A DNA stretch of 64,000 nt. Source: Eledone cirrhosa (taxonomy: Eukaryota). Location of the stretch: NCBI GenBank assembly GCA_964016885.1, contig OZ024764.1:4154001-4218000 (forward strand), written 5' to 3'. Below are positions 1-12,820 of the stretch, piece by piece. The position numbers were made by a program, and so were the translations under genes. A model generated the notes under the pieces. That model made no database searches, was not told where the DNA came from, and saw only the letters and a list, made by a program, of their open reading frames with translations. The number at the start of each line of letters is the position of its first letter. Position 1 is the first letter of the stretch.

Positions 1-180
1 TAAATTAGATTACCGATATAAAGGACACAGAAGCGAAAAGCGAAAACCAACCAAACAGTGAGTGTGTTCTGTTATTAATTCTGGCAATATTACACAAATA
101 TGACCCTCCCCAAGTATAACAATATTTGTTTCAACACACGATTTCATATAAAAAACGTCGCAAAACTAATTCATCGCCGT
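1..180 (+). mobile_element. Terminal fragment of dispersed non-coding repeat family A (Penelope-like pseudo-LTR)
   Basis: Same sequence (aaccaaacagtgagtgtgttctgttattaattctggcaatattacacaaatatgaccctcccc) recurs at about 1450-1548(-), 13870-14160(-), 15830-15930(+) and, diverged, at 33500-33620(-). The longer copies carry a hammerhead motif. Confidence 0.6.
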
Positions 181-245
181 TATATTTATATTTATATATT
201 TATATATATATATTTATATATATATTTATTTATATATATATATAT

Positions 246-360
246 GAAGCTCACAGTGGAGATGACGAAGGACCGTGACGATTGGAGAGATGCTTTGCTG
301 AATAAGACCCGTCCCACCCTTGCAAGCAGGGAAGAGCGGACGTAAAATGATGATGATGAT
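246..360 (+). mobile_element. 3' end of RTE LINE family 1, 5'-truncated, with (ATG)n tail
   Basis: Encodes [32 protein letters not shown]; matches 51245-51357. Confidence 0.9.
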
Positions 361-375
361 ATATATATATTTATT

Positions 376-407
<32 letters not shown>

Positions 408-464
408 TATTTATATATATATATATTTATTTATATATATATATTTATTTATATATATATATAT

Positions 465-811
465 CATCATTTCATCATTTCATTTCATTTTACGTCCGTT
501 TTTTCCCTGCTTGCAAGGGTGGGACGGGAACTGATTCTGGCTTGATTTCTACAGCTGGATGCCCTTCCTAACACCAACCTCATTTACAGTGAGTGCTTTG
601 TGCTTTTTTCCCGTGGCACCTCCACGACCACTTTGCAGTGGAATGATAGGGACCCCAGTCCCTATCATCTCATTTCTACAGCTGAGTAAACTGGAGCAAT
701 GTGAAATAAAGTGTCTTGCTCAAGGAAACAACACATCACCCGGTCTGAGAATTGAACTCACAACCTTTCGATTGCAAGGCCAATGCTCTAACCACTAAGC
801 CATGTGCTCCA
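465..811 (-). mobile_element. tRNA-derived SINE family A (RTE-dependent)
   Basis: On the minus strand: A box tggcttagtgg, B box gagttcaattc, body ccttgagcaagacactttatttcacattgctccag, pseudoknot module, RTE family-1 tail and (ATG)n. Confidence 0.9.
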
Positions 812-1076
812 TTATAAAAACCAAGAGATATATTGACTTTAGGCAAAGAGTTTTATAATATTAGTCATATTGTTCATGCAATAGAATATATCGCCGATGG
901 ATAGAAAGCCTAGAAGCATTGTTCAGAACTGTAGAGTTCGAAAACATACAGTCAAAAGACATCATCATCATCTTTATCATCATTGTTTAACGTCTATCTT
1001 CCACGCTAGCATATTTAATCCAAAAATATGTAGCTTAAGAAGTTTTTCCTTATGGTTATAATAACATATATATAGT

Positions 1077-1172
<96 letters not shown>

Positions 1173-1579
1173 TTATATATATATATAAATATATATATAT
1201 AGAAATTACATGAATCAAAGTTCTGTTTAAATCATTTATTTGCTTACAATTGTTTCTTCCAAACCGAGGTAACTGCTCTGTAAAACAACTAATGTTGTTA
1301 CATTGGGCTATTTATCTTACTGGTAATAAGATAGTAATAAATTACTGTCTTTCACTATTTAGGGTTTAAAATATATATAACTATAAAAGGTTTTAGTATA
1401 TACATAACCATAAATAGTATCCTTAATACTATATATATATATATATATATATTGTTATACTTGGGGAGGGTCATATTGTTGTAATAATATTGCCAGAAAT
1501 AATAACAGAACACACTCACTGTTTGGTTGGTTTTCACTTCTGCATCTTTTATATCTCCACAGTTAATTCATTCGGTCCT

Positions 1580-1880
1580 CGGCAAAAAAGCACCCAGCCC
1601 ACACTGTAAAGTGGACGTGGAGGTGCCACGGCAAAAAAGCACCCAGCCCACACTGCAAAGTGGTCGTGGAGGCGCCAAGGAAAAAAGCACCCAGCACTCA
1701 CTGTAAATGAGGTTGGTGTTAGGAAGGGTATCCAGCTGTAGAAATCAAGCCAGAACCAGTTCCTGTATGAGCAAGGCATGGTCAGCTGACCGGACACTGC
1801 CCACAACAGGACAACCCGTCTAACCCATGCTAGCATGGAAGAACGGACGTAAAACGGTGATGATGATGATGATGATGATA
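1580..1880 (+). mobile_element. 3' UTR of RTE family 2b with tandemly repeated ~50-bp pseudoknot unit
   Basis: aaaaaagcacccagc occurs three times, followed by ggtgttaggaagggtatcc and the tail cccgtctaacccatgctagcatggaagaacggacg(ATG)n. Matches 14220-14475(-). Confidence 0.8.
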
Positions 1881-2115
1881 TATATATATATATACACATA
1901 TATATATATATACACATGCACACATATATATATCTACATATATATATATACATACACATATACATATATATTTATATATATATACACATACATATATATA
2001 AATACATACATATATATATATGTGTATATATGTATATATATATATATATATAAAAAATGTTTAAGGATGTTGAATCCCAACAAATTAAATATAACCTCTG
2101 CATATATATATATAT

Positions 2116-2145
<30 letters not shown>

Positions 2146-2146
<1 letters not shown>

Positions 2147-2832
2147 CAACGGCAAAGCATAAACGAACTAAGGAAAAAATTAGAAATAAGAGGGATCAGA
2201 TGTTGTTTACTCGAGAGAAGGCTACGTTGGTATGGACACGTGATGCGCATGAAAGACGACAGCTGTATAACAAAGTGCAGGGCAATAAAGATAGACGGTA
2301 GCCACGGAGTAGGCAGACCCAGAAAAACCTGGGACGAGCTGATAAACTCCGACCTCGCACACTTACACCTCTCCAAGACAACGTCACTGGACCGAGACCT
2401 TTGGCAGTACTCAGTAACAGAGAAGACCCGCCTTACCTAAATACATAGTAAAACCTACTACAGCCAGTAGGCATCTCTAACAAAATACACCCCCGTCCCA
2501 CCACCCCCACCCCATCCACACCGCCCCTTCTATGTAAAGTTATGTTGGTGCCACACCATCCAGGCCGAAACAAATGAGATCGTGTAGGTGTCACGACAAA
2601 AAAACACACAGTCCACGCTGTAATGTGGCCGTGTAGGCAACACGGTAAAAACCTCCCAGACCCACACTGTAAATGTGGTTGGTGTTAGGAAGGGCATCCA
2701 ACTGTAGAAAACCTGCCAGACAGTCCTATGCGAGCAAGACAATCACTCTTGCCTCAAGTGGGACTACCCCCGTCCAAACCCATGCAAGCGTGGAACACGG
2801 AGGTTAAACGTTGATGATGATGATGATGATGA
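2146..2832 (+). mobile_element. RTE LINE family 2, 5'-truncated (ORF C-terminus plus long 3' UTR)
   Basis: RRLRWYGHVMRM...GRPRKTWDELI...EKTRLT* (stop at 2440), then about 380 bp of UTR ending in a stem-loop and (ATG)n. Confidence 0.9.
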
Positions 2833-2881
2833 TACACACACATATATATATATATACACACACATATATATACACACATAC

Positions 2882-2930
<49 letters not shown>

Positions 2931-2945
2931 CACACACATATATAT

Positions 2946-3008
<63 letters not shown>

Positions 3009-3214
3009 TATGTATACGTACATACATATATGTATACAGGCGTACAGTAGTATGTATATATATATATATATACATGCACACATATATATATGTACGTATG
3101 GATTCACCGAACAATTATTATAATGCTACGTACATATATATATGTGTGCATGTATGTATATATATATACATACTACTGTACGTCTGTATACATATATGTA
3201 TGTACGTATACATA

Positions 3215-3278
<64 letters not shown>

Positions 3279-3296
3279 TGTATGTACGTATACATA

Positions 3297-3370
<74 letters not shown>

Positions 3371-3388
3371 TGTATGTACGTATACATA

Positions 3389-3436
<48 letters not shown>

Positions 3437-3559
3437 TGTATGTACGTGTACATACTTATATTTAAGTAACAGCCATACTAAGAGTGGGAAATGAAATTTT
3501 GTTTCTTTTTTTTCCGTTTATATATATATACATATATATATATACACACATATATATAT

Positions 3560-3592
<33 letters not shown>

Positions 3593-3611
3593 CACACACA
3601 CATATATATAT

Positions 3612-3656
<45 letters not shown>

Positions 3657-3745
3657 TATATATATATACACACACACATATATATATACACACACACACA
3701 CATATATATATATATACACACACACACATATATATATATACACAC

Positions 3746-3790
<45 letters not shown>

Positions 3791-3837
3791 CACACACACA
3801 CATATATATATATATATACACACACACACATATATAT

Positions 3838-3885
<48 letters not shown>
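2833..3885. repeat. Compound (TA)n/(CA)n microsatellite field
   Basis: Direct inspection. Confidence 0.95.
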
Positions 3886-3886
<1 letters not shown>

Positions 3887-4188
3887 CTTTTACACGTTTA
3901 TATATTTATTTATCTAAGTCGTTTCCAGAAGACATTTTAAAATATTAATTAAATTACCAGCTTAATTGTCTCTCTAATTAAGTATATGTCTAATTAGATT
4001 TAATATTTGGCTAATTAAATATTTCTCGACAACTTAACTGTCCCTTCGTTAATCAGTCAACTGTTTAAAATGTCTCTTTAATTATTTGATTAATTATGCA
4101 TCATAATTGTTTATTTCACAATCAGCAATTGTTTACAAGCAAATATTGTCACTTCCCCCATTGTCATACACCCTTACCTTCCACTACA

Positions 4189-5860
4189 CTGGGCCCCTCC
4201 TTGTCACACCCTCTGGGCCCCTCCTTGTCACATACTCTGAGCCCCACCTTGTCCCTCTGGGCCCCTCCTGGTCACACCCTCTGGGCCCCTACTTGTCACT
4301 TACTCTGAGCCCCACCTTGTCCCTCTGGGCCCCTCCTTGTCACACTCTCTGGGCCCCTCCTTGTCACATACTCTGAGCCCCACCTTGTCCCTCTGGGCCC
4401 CTCCTTGTCACACCCTCTGGACCTCTCCTTGTCACACCCTCTGGGCCCCTCCTTGTCACATACTCTGAGCCCCATCTTGTCCCTCTGGGCCCCTCCTTGT
4501 CACACCCTCTGGGCCCCTCCTTGTCACACCCTCTGGGCCCCTCCTTGTCACATACTCTGAGCCTCACCTTGTCCCTCGGGGCCCCTCCTTGTCACACCCT
4601 CTGGGCCCCTCCTTGTCACATACTCTGAGCCCCACCTTGTCCCTCTGGGCCCCTCCTTGTCACACCCTCTGGGCCCCTCCTTGTCACATACTCTGAGCCC
4701 CACCTTGTCCCTCAGGGCCCCTCCTTGTCACACCCTCTGGGCCCCTCCTTGTCACACCCTCTGGGCCCCTTCTTGTCACATACTCTGAGCCCCACCTTGT
4801 CCCTCTGGGCCCCTCCTTGTCACACCCTCTGGGCCCCTCCTTGTCACATACTCTGAGCCTCACCTTGTCCCTCGGGGCCCCTCCTTGTCACATACTCTGA
4901 GCCCCACCTTGTCCCTCTGGGCCCCTCCTTGTCACACCCTCTGGGCCCCTCCTTGTCACATACTCTGAGCCCCACCTTGTCCCTCGGGGCCCCTCCTTGT
5001 CACACCCTCTGGGCCCCTCCTTGTCACACCCTCTGGGCCCCTCCTTGTCACATACTCTGAGCCCCACCTTGTCCCTCTGGGCCCCTCCTTGTCACACCCT
5101 CTGGACTCCTCCTTGTCACACCCTCTGGGCCCCTCCTGGTCACACCCTCTGGGCCCCTCCTTGTCACATACTCTGAGCCCCACCTCGTCCCTCTGGGCCC
5201 CTCCTTGTCACACCCTCTGGACCCCTCCTTGTCACACCCTCTGAGCCCCTCCTTGTCACACCCTCTGGGCCCCTCCTTGTCACACCCTCTGGACCCCTCC
5301 TTGTCACACCCTCTGAGCCCCTCCTTGTCACACCCTCTGGGCCCCTCCTTGTCACACCCTCTGGGCCCCTCCTTGTCACACCCTCTGGACCCCTCCTTGT
5401 CACACCCTCTGAGCCCCTCCTTGTCACACCCTCTGGGCCCCTCTTTGTCACACCCTCTGGGCCCCTCCTTGTCACACCCTCTGGGCCCCTCCTTGTCACA
5501 CCCTCTGGGCCCCTCCTTGTCACACCCTCTGGACCCCTCCTTGTCACATACTCTGAGCCCCACCTCGTCCCTCTGGGCCCCTCCTTGTCACACCCTCTGG
5601 GCCCCTCCTTGTCACACCCTCTGGACCCCTCCTTGTCACACCCTCTGAGCCCCTCCTTGTCACACCCTCTGGGCCCCTCCTTGTCACACCCTCTGGGCCC
5701 CTCCTTGTCACACCCTCTGGACCCCTCCTTGTCACACCCTCTGGACCCCTCCTTGTCACACCCTCTGGGCCCCTCTTTGTCACACCCTCTGGGCCCCTCC
5801 TTGTCACACCCTCTGGGCCCCTCCTTGTCACACCCTCTGGGCCCCTCTTTGTCACACCCT
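4189..5860. repeat. GC-rich minisatellite with 24-bp unit ccctctgggcccctccttgtcaca and an interspersed 20-bp variant tactctgagccccaccttgt
   Basis: Direct periodicity; yields the 8-aa artefact repeats RGCDKEGP and EGVTRRGP. Confidence 0.97.
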
Positions 5861-5924
5861 CGAAAGACAGTTGAAGTGGAGGAAAAAATACATAAACCCC
5901 TGCACCTCCAAATATTGGTCACTC

Positions 5925-6115
5925 TCTGGCAGGTTTGCAGTCGAGCCCTTAGCAGTGGAGACTTCTGGTGTCCTTGGCCCCAGAACCACCTCCCTACTCA
6001 CCACCATTGGCACAGAGCTGGCCACCCGCATATGTCAGCCTCCCAAGCTGGAATGGAGCTTCTAGCGCATCTCCCTCGCCATCCTCTGGGGAAACACTTT
6101 CTCTATTCAGGCCGC
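5925..6115 (+). pseudogene. C-terminal remnant of a CRE-like (RLE-type) non-LTR retrotransposon ORF
   Basis: FAVEPLAVETSGVLGPRTTSLLTTIGTEL...F*RISLAILWGN fits the P.A.ET.G..G...QRIS.AI.RGN motif recalled for CRE-clade proteins. Confidence 0.7.
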
Positions 6116-6227
6116 TGGGGTGCAGACTGCATGAGGGACCCAATTTGTTCAAAATAATGAGCAAATGGGGAGAGACGGAGGCTCCTCTGTGTTCAGACCT
6201 AGTGGACATGATCCATAAGGACATACC

Positions 6228-6571
6228 ATCATCATTCATCATTTCATTTTACGTCCGCTTTTTCCCTGCTTGCAAGGGTGGGACGGGAACTGATTCTGGC
6301 TTGATTTCTACAGCTGGATGCCCTTCCTAACACCAACCTCATTTACAGTGAGTGCTGGGTGCTTTTTTTGCCGTGGCACCTCCACGACCACTTTACAGTG
6401 GAATGATAGGGACCCCAGTCCCTATCATCTCATTTCTACGGCTGAGTAAACTGGAGCAATGTGAAATAAAGTGTCTTGCTCAAGGAAACAACACATCATC
6501 CGGTCTGAGAATTGAACTCACAACCTTTCGATTGCAAGGCCAATGCTCTAACCACTAAGCCATGTGCCTCC
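6228..6571 (-). mobile_element. SINE family A
   Basis: Near-identical to 465-811. Confidence 0.9.
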
Positions 6572-6910
6572 ATACATATGTGTATATTTTTACATTCTTG
6601 ACCTTTCCATTATTTGGCCAGATGATAGGTATAAAAAAATAATAAATATATGTAATATCATCTATTGTTTCATCAAGTCCGTGTGTGAGTTGATGAATTA
6701 TCTTATTCTAATCTCACCTCCACCTGGCTAGGACTATAGCCCATCACAGATGATGTTTCTCCCCAGATCTGGTAGATCAACCAATTCTTTATGATATTAA
6801 CTCACAACATCCTTTTATATTTTACAACAATCCATTTTAACAAGACTTTAAAAGTACAAAACATCACTGTGACTGCATCACATTTAGTATTGGCCCTTTA
6901 GTATTTACAT

Positions 6911-7092
6911 TTGGATTGGCAGTATCGGTAGAGGGTCGGACGCCATGCTTTCAAGCATAGTTACGTCCCTTTACGATCTGAGTTCAAATCCCGCCGAGGT
7001 TGACTTTGCCTTTCATCCTTACGGGGTCGATAAAATAAAGTACCAGTAATGCACTGGGTAATTGCTGGCCTTGTGCCTAAAGTAGAAACAAG
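6911..7092 (+). mobile_element. tRNA-derived SINE family B (Nin/Deu-domain-like)
   Basis: A box tggcagtatcgg, B box gagttcaaatccc, core tttgcctttcatccttacggggtcgataaaataaagtaccag. Confidence 0.85.
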
Positions 7093-7720
7093 TATTTACA
7101 TTACTCTATATTTACTATTGTATTTTCACGGTAAAGTCTTTACCTCACATAATATCTCACATAACATTTACAATACTCTATATATACTATTGTATTGTCA
7201 CAGTAAAGGCTTTACCTCACATAATATCTCACATAACATTTACATTACTCTATATATACTATTGTATTTTCCTGGTAAAGGCTTTACCTCACATAATATC
7301 TCACATAACATTTACATTACTCTATATATACTATTGTATTTTCATAGTAAAGGCTTTACCTCACATAATATCTCACATAACATTTACATTACTCTATATA
7401 TACTATTGTATTTTCACAGTAAAGGCTTTACCTCACATAATATCTCACATAACATTTACATTACTTTATATATACTATTGTATTTTCACAGTAAAGGCTT
7501 TACCTCACATAATATCTCACATAACATTTACATTACTCTATATATACTATTGTATTTTCACAGTAAAGGCTTTACCTCACATATCTCACACAATATCGAA
7601 TCTCTGAAATCTGATTTATTTTGAGAACAGTACTTTAACATTAGTATTAGCGGCCTGGTTACAGCCAGTTTAAACAGAAGGAGGTGAGAGAATTCTGGCC
7701 GGATATGACCAGTTTAAAAT
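7093..7720 (+). repeat. 72-bp tandem array (about 7 copies) inside a truncated piggyBac-like MITE
   Basis: Period 72 (7098 to 7170); same unit and right flank as 8532-9327. Confidence 0.9.
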
Positions 7721-7859
7721 TAATTATGTTCAGAGGTTTTTAGATAAATAAAAACACTTGAACCCTTTGTTATGTAACCACCATATTTCCCGGCGCCGAA
7801 GAATCTTCATCCTTGAAGACTCACCCTAATTTTGATGACCAAAACTTTGAAAAAAAAAA

Positions 7860-8387
7860 AACTGTTTCTACTTTTGGCACAAGGCCAGCAATTACCCAGT
7901 ACATGATGGGGGCACATGGCTTAGTGGTTAGAGCATTGGCCTTGCAATCGAAAGGTTGTGAGTTCAATTCTCAAACCGGGTGATGTGTTGTTTCCTTGAG
8001 CAAGACACTTTATTTCACATTGCTCCAGTTTACTCAGCTATAGAAATGAGATGATAGGGACTGGGGTCCCTATCATTCCACTGCAGAGTGGTCGTGTAGG
8101 TGCCACGGCAAAAAAGCACCCAGCACTCACTGTAAATGAGGTTGGTGTTAGGAAGGGCATCCAGCTGTAGAAATCAAGCCAGAATCAGTTCCCGTCCCAC
8201 CCTTGCAAGCAGGGAAAAGAGGACGTAAAATGAAATGATGATGATGATGATGATGATTACTGGTACTTTATTTTATCGACCCCGTAAGGATGAAAGGCAA
8301 AGTTAACCTCGGTGGGATTTGATCTCACATTGTAAAAGGACATAACTTTGCTGGAAAGCATGTCTGCCCCTCTACCGATACTGCCAT
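7860..8387 (-). mobile_element. SINE family B split by a SINE A insertion
   Basis: The 3' part (7860-7905) and 5' part (8257-8387) are collinear with 6911-7092. Confidence 0.85.
7908..8256 (+). mobile_element. SINE family A, full length
   Basis: Runs from ggcacatggcttagtggttagagc to ggacgtaaaatgaa(atg)n. Confidence 0.92.
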
Positions 8388-8531
8388 TTGAAAAAAAAGG
8401 ATAAACAACCTTTGACCTCCGGGACTCTTGGCAGATTTTTTAGATTTATTTTAGGAAAAAAGTTGCGTCTTTGACTCTGGGAAATGCGGTAACTTTCTTA
8501 TTATTAAGTTGCTGTTTGGAACATAACTTAA

Positions 8532-9327
8532 CCCTTTAGCATTCACATTACTCTATATATACTATTGTATTTTCACAGTAAAGACTTTACCTCGCATAAT
8601 ATCTCACATAACATTTACATTACTCTATATATACTATTGTATTTTCACAGTAAAGTCTTTACCTCACATAATATCACACATAACATTTACATTACTCTAT
8701 ATATACTATTGTATTTTCACAGTAAAGGCTTTACTTCGCATAATATCCCACATAACATTTACATTACTCTATATATACTATTGTATTTTCACAGTAAAGG
8801 CTTTACCTCACATAATATCTCACATAGCATTTACATTACTCTATATATACTATTGTATTTTCACAGTAAAGGCTTTACCTCACATAATATCTCACATAAC
8901 ATTTACATTACTCTATATATACTATTGTATTTTCACAGTAAAGGTTTTACCTCACATAATATCTCACATAACATTTACATTACTCTATATATACTATTGT
9001 ATTTCACAGTAAAGTCTTTACCTCACATAATATCACACATAACATTTACATTACTCTATATTTACTATATTATTTTCACAGTAAAGGCTTTACCTCACAA
9101 CATCTCACATAACATTTACATTACTCTATATATACTATTGTATTGTCACAGTAAAGGCTTTACCTTCGCATAATTAATTATCTCACATAATATCGAATCT
9201 GAGATTTTGAAATTATTTATTTTGAGAACAATACCTTAACATCAGTTTGAGCGACCAGTCACAGCCAGTTACAACAGAATGGGGTAGAGAATTCTGGCCG
9301 GTTATGGCCGGTTTGAACATTAAAGGG
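8532..9327. mobile_element. piggyBac-like MITE (TTAA target site) with internal 72-bp tandem array (about 9 copies)
   Basis: TTAA|ccctttagcattca at the left and tgaacattaaaggg|TTAA at the right; imperfect TIR. Confidence 0.8.
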
Positions 9328-9444
9328 TTAAAGAATGAAGCCACAATCACATAAAGATCACTTATATGGCACCTCATGGATTGGTAATATAAGTGAGATT
9401 TAGTGGAAGAGAGGCCTTTTATTATCTTGTTTCTATAGCATCAT

Positions 9445-9469
9445 AGAATCACCATCACCACCATCATCG

Positions 9470-9500
<31 letters not shown>

Positions 9501-9982
9501 CATCATTACCATCATCACCATCATCGGCATCATCACCGCCACCACAACCACAACCACCGTCACCATCATAATCACCAACACCATCACCACCATCATAATG
9601 ACCACAACCACCACCATAACCTCCACCACCATCCCCTCCACCACCATCCCCAACACCACCCCCAACACCACCATCACCACCCCACCAACACCACCACCAC
9701 CACCACCACCACCACCATCACCAACAACACCACCAACACCAACACCACCACCGCCATCACCACCAACAACACCACCAACCCACCACCACTATAACCACCA
9801 TCACCACCATCACCACTATAACCACCACCAGCACCATCACCACCATCACCACCACCACTACCACCACCACCACTACCACCATCACCACCACCATCACCAT
9901 CACCACCTTCACCACCATCACCTCCACAATAACCACCACCACCACTATAACCATCACCACCACCACCACCATCACCACCACT
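9445..9982. repeat. (CAC)n/(CAT)n/(CAA)n trinucleotide field
   Basis: Direct inspection. Confidence 0.95.
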
Positions 9983-9994
9983 ATATATATATGG

Positions 9995-10040
<46 letters not shown>

Positions 10041-10221
10041 GTGTGTGTGTGTGTAAGTATACATATATACATATGTGTATGTGCGTGTATACATATATTT
10101 ATACAGATGTATATATGTGTGTCTGTGTATATATGTATATATATATATGTGGATGTGTGTGTGTATATATATACATATATATATATACATGTGTATGTGT
10201 GTGTGTGTATATATATATATT

Positions 10222-10294
<73 letters not shown>

Positions 10295-10307
10295 ATATAT
10301 ATTTGTG

Positions 10308-10346
<39 letters not shown>

Positions 10347-10366
10347 TGTGTGTACATATATATATA

Positions 10367-10397
<31 letters not shown>

Positions 10398-10589
10398 TAT
10401 GTACATCTAGTGTTAGACATCATCAGAGACTGGACAACACTCTAAACCCAGCCCCTAACCCCTCTGATCCCCTTCCATACAACTTCCTGTCTTTGACATT
10501 AAAGCCTCTTCTATGTTGTACAGACATCAGGGAAAATGTCACGTCTTACTACGGCTACTTTTTCAGCAAATACTTAAAGAAGTCTACCA

Positions 10590-11472
10590 TGTGTCTAACA
10601 CACAAAGTCTTGGAAACATTTCTTTCTGCTCAGAGTTGCTGAAGCAAGGAACAAACTCCTTGCATTAGTTGTTAGCTGTTGAGACACTGAATCCTTTAAA
10701 ACCTCCATGAAACAAACTACCTGCATCATTTATTAGCTGTTGAGACACTGCATCCTTTAAAACCTCCATGGAACAAACTCCCTGCATCAGTTGTTAGCTG
10801 TCGAGACACTGCATCCTTTAAAACCTCCATGGAACAAACTCCCTGCATCAGTTGTTAGCTATCGAGATACTGCATCCTTTAAAACCTCCATGGAACAAAC
10901 TACCTGCATCAGTTGTTAGCTGTCGAGACACTGCATCCTTTAAAACCTCCATGGAACAAACTCCCTGCATCAGTTATTAGCTGTCGAGACACTGCATCCT
11001 TTAAAACCTCCATGGAACAAACTACCTGCATCAGTTGTTAGCTGTCGAGACACTGCATCCTTTAAAACCTCCATGGAACAAACTACCTGCATCAGTTGTT
11101 AGCTGCCAAGACACTGCATCCTTTAAAACCTCCATGGAACAAACTCCCTGCATCAGTTGTTAGCTGTCAAGACACTGCATCCTTTAAAACCTCCATGGAA
11201 CAAACTCCCTGCATCAGTTGTTAACTGTCAAGACACTGCATCCTTTAAAACCTCCATGGAACATTCTACCTGCATCAGTTGTTAGCTGTCGAGACACTAC
11301 ATCCTTTAAAACCTCCATGGAACAAACTACCTGCATCAGTTGTTAGCTGTTGAGACACTGCATCCTTTAAAACCTCCATGGAACATACATGCACCTTTGA
11401 TGAGTTGTAGTGCACCTGAGCTCTGTACACAATAATTTCATTATTATTATTATAATTATTATTATTATAATT
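10590..11472 (+). mobile_element. CR1-type LINE 3' end with a 61-bp unit expanded about 12 times and an (ATT)n tail
   Basis: Unit catggaacaaactacctgcatcagttgttagctgtcgagacactgcatcctttaaaacctc encodes WNKLPASVVSCRDTASFK; tail gtagtgcacctgagctctgtacacaataatttc(att)n. Confidence 0.85.
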
Positions 11473-11474
11473 AT

Positions 11475-11672
11475 GGCGGTGGATTGGCAGTATCGGTAGA
11501 GGGTCGGACACCATGCTTTCCAGCATAGTTACGTCCCTTTACGGACTGAGTTCAAATCCCGCCGCGGTTAACTTTGCCTTTCATCCTTACAGGGTCGATA
11601 AAATAAAGTACCAGTAATACACTGGGATAATTGCTGGCCTTGTGCCAAAAGTAGAAACAATTATTATTATTA
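11475..11672 (+). mobile_element. SINE family B, full length
   Basis: ggcggtggattggcagtatcggtag through gtagaaac, then (aat)n. Confidence 0.9.
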
Positions 11673-12081
11673 TAAACCCCACTCCACCACCAGCAGCTAG
11701 CCAGCCAGCCTTAACATCTGTGGTTTTGTGTCATTTGATGTCAGATACATGTCTGACCTTGTGGGAGTGCTGGACTTAGCAAGAAGCTAAATAAACCATT
11801 GCTTAGGACCACACCTTCTCAGGTGTGTGTGGGAGGTATTTAAAAAAATATACTTGTATTTTAACCTTAGTTTTTATTCTTTAACACTGAGTCCCAGGTT
11901 AAATCGAGTGTAGCCACAGTAAGGTACTCAATACGTAGTAGAGTATATACAAGATTTAATGTAGAAATGGCTTCTACAGGACTAGAACTGTTTCAGTGGA
12001 AGGAAATCACCAGAAAATCATCAAGGCTTTCCTGATGATTTCCTCTGAATGAAGCCATTAATGAAGCCTTTAATATATATA

Positions 12082-12405
12082 GCTGTCGGCCAGCTACATT
12101 CTTCAGCCTGTGGCTCTCGAGACGTTTGAGGGAGTCGGGCCACTGACTGCGAGGTTCCTCTCTTCACTGGCGGCTTGCCTAATAGAGGTAGCTAGTGAAT
12201 CTCATGAGGGCGCTTTGTTGTTCCAGCGCATTAGCCTCACCATCACCCGAGGCAACGCTACGAGTGTGCTGGCTTGCGTCAAAAATCATTAGAGAGGTTG
12301 CCCGGTACTCCTCGCGACACTGCTGCCTTTTCTTTTGCTCTGGTGTTGGCTCCGTTGTTCACTCCTTTCTTTATATTTTCTTTAATATTACAACATTAAA
12401 AGAAT
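12082..12405 (+). pseudogene. Second CRE-like retrotransposon 3' fragment (different family from 5925-6115)
   Basis: YILQPVALETFEGVGPLTARFLSSLA...LLFQRISLTITRGNATSVL, then a T-rich UTR and attaaa. Confidence 0.75.
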
Positions 12406-12433
12406 ATATCCTTCTGAAAGAATTGCGAGCAAT

Positions 12434-12469
<36 letters not shown>

Positions 12470-12470
<1 letters not shown>

Positions 12471-12820
12471 ATCTAGGGCGGGTAAAATTCCAGAGATCCA
12501 TGGACGAGTTCTCTCCAGCGGTCTCTGTCCCTCATTATCGCTGCCATGTCCTGCATCTCCAAGAGACCAGTGTCTGTCCTTAGGGCATCAACATATGTTA
12601 ACCTTGGTCTTTCCCTTCCAGTGTGTCCATGCAGGGGCTCCCACAGGAGCACTGAGTGCAATGTCAACTCCGGATGTCGGTGAGCATGTCCAGTTAACCT
12701 CAGTCTCCTCTGTGTCACTTTTGAGATGACTTTTGGGAGGCTCCCATACAGCTCTGAGTTCTACATCCTCAGTGTATACTGATTAATGTTCAGAGCCATC
12801 CTCAGCATTCTCGTGTAGCA
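12470..12820 (-). mobile_element. RTE/RTEX-group LINE family 3, 3' end
   Basis: CYTRMLRMALNI...QRRLRLTGH...LLWEPLHG...RPRLTYVDALRTDTG; homologous to 37245-37450 and 44586-44920. Confidence 0.85.

Larger units (their letters stand above)
7781..8489. mobile_element. Degenerate Tc2/pogo-like MITE carrying nested SINEs
   Basis: Left end ccatatttcccggcgccgaagaatc versus reverse complement of right end ccgcatttcccagagtcaaagacgc (17/25 match); TA follows the right end. Confidence 0.5.

Noticed and set aside
3940-4110. Cluster of TAATTA homeodomain-like sites
   Set aside because: Expected in very AT-rich DNA; no independent support.
4364-6157. RGCDKEGP, EGVTRRGP and SHPLGPSL repeat ORFs
   Set aside because: Open in several frames on both strands because the unit is 24 bp; no evidence of coding.
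6712-6800. Possible minus-strand exon ending GAG|GTGAGA
   Set aside because: Weak acceptor and a short, unrecognised peptide.
7908-7985. tRNA genes at SINE heads
   Set aside because: They are Pol III heads of multi-copy SINEs, not complete tRNAs.
11965-12062. CTGATGA/CTGGTGA and GAAAC motifs within a small inverted repeat
   Set aside because: No convincing stem II; at best a decayed remnant.
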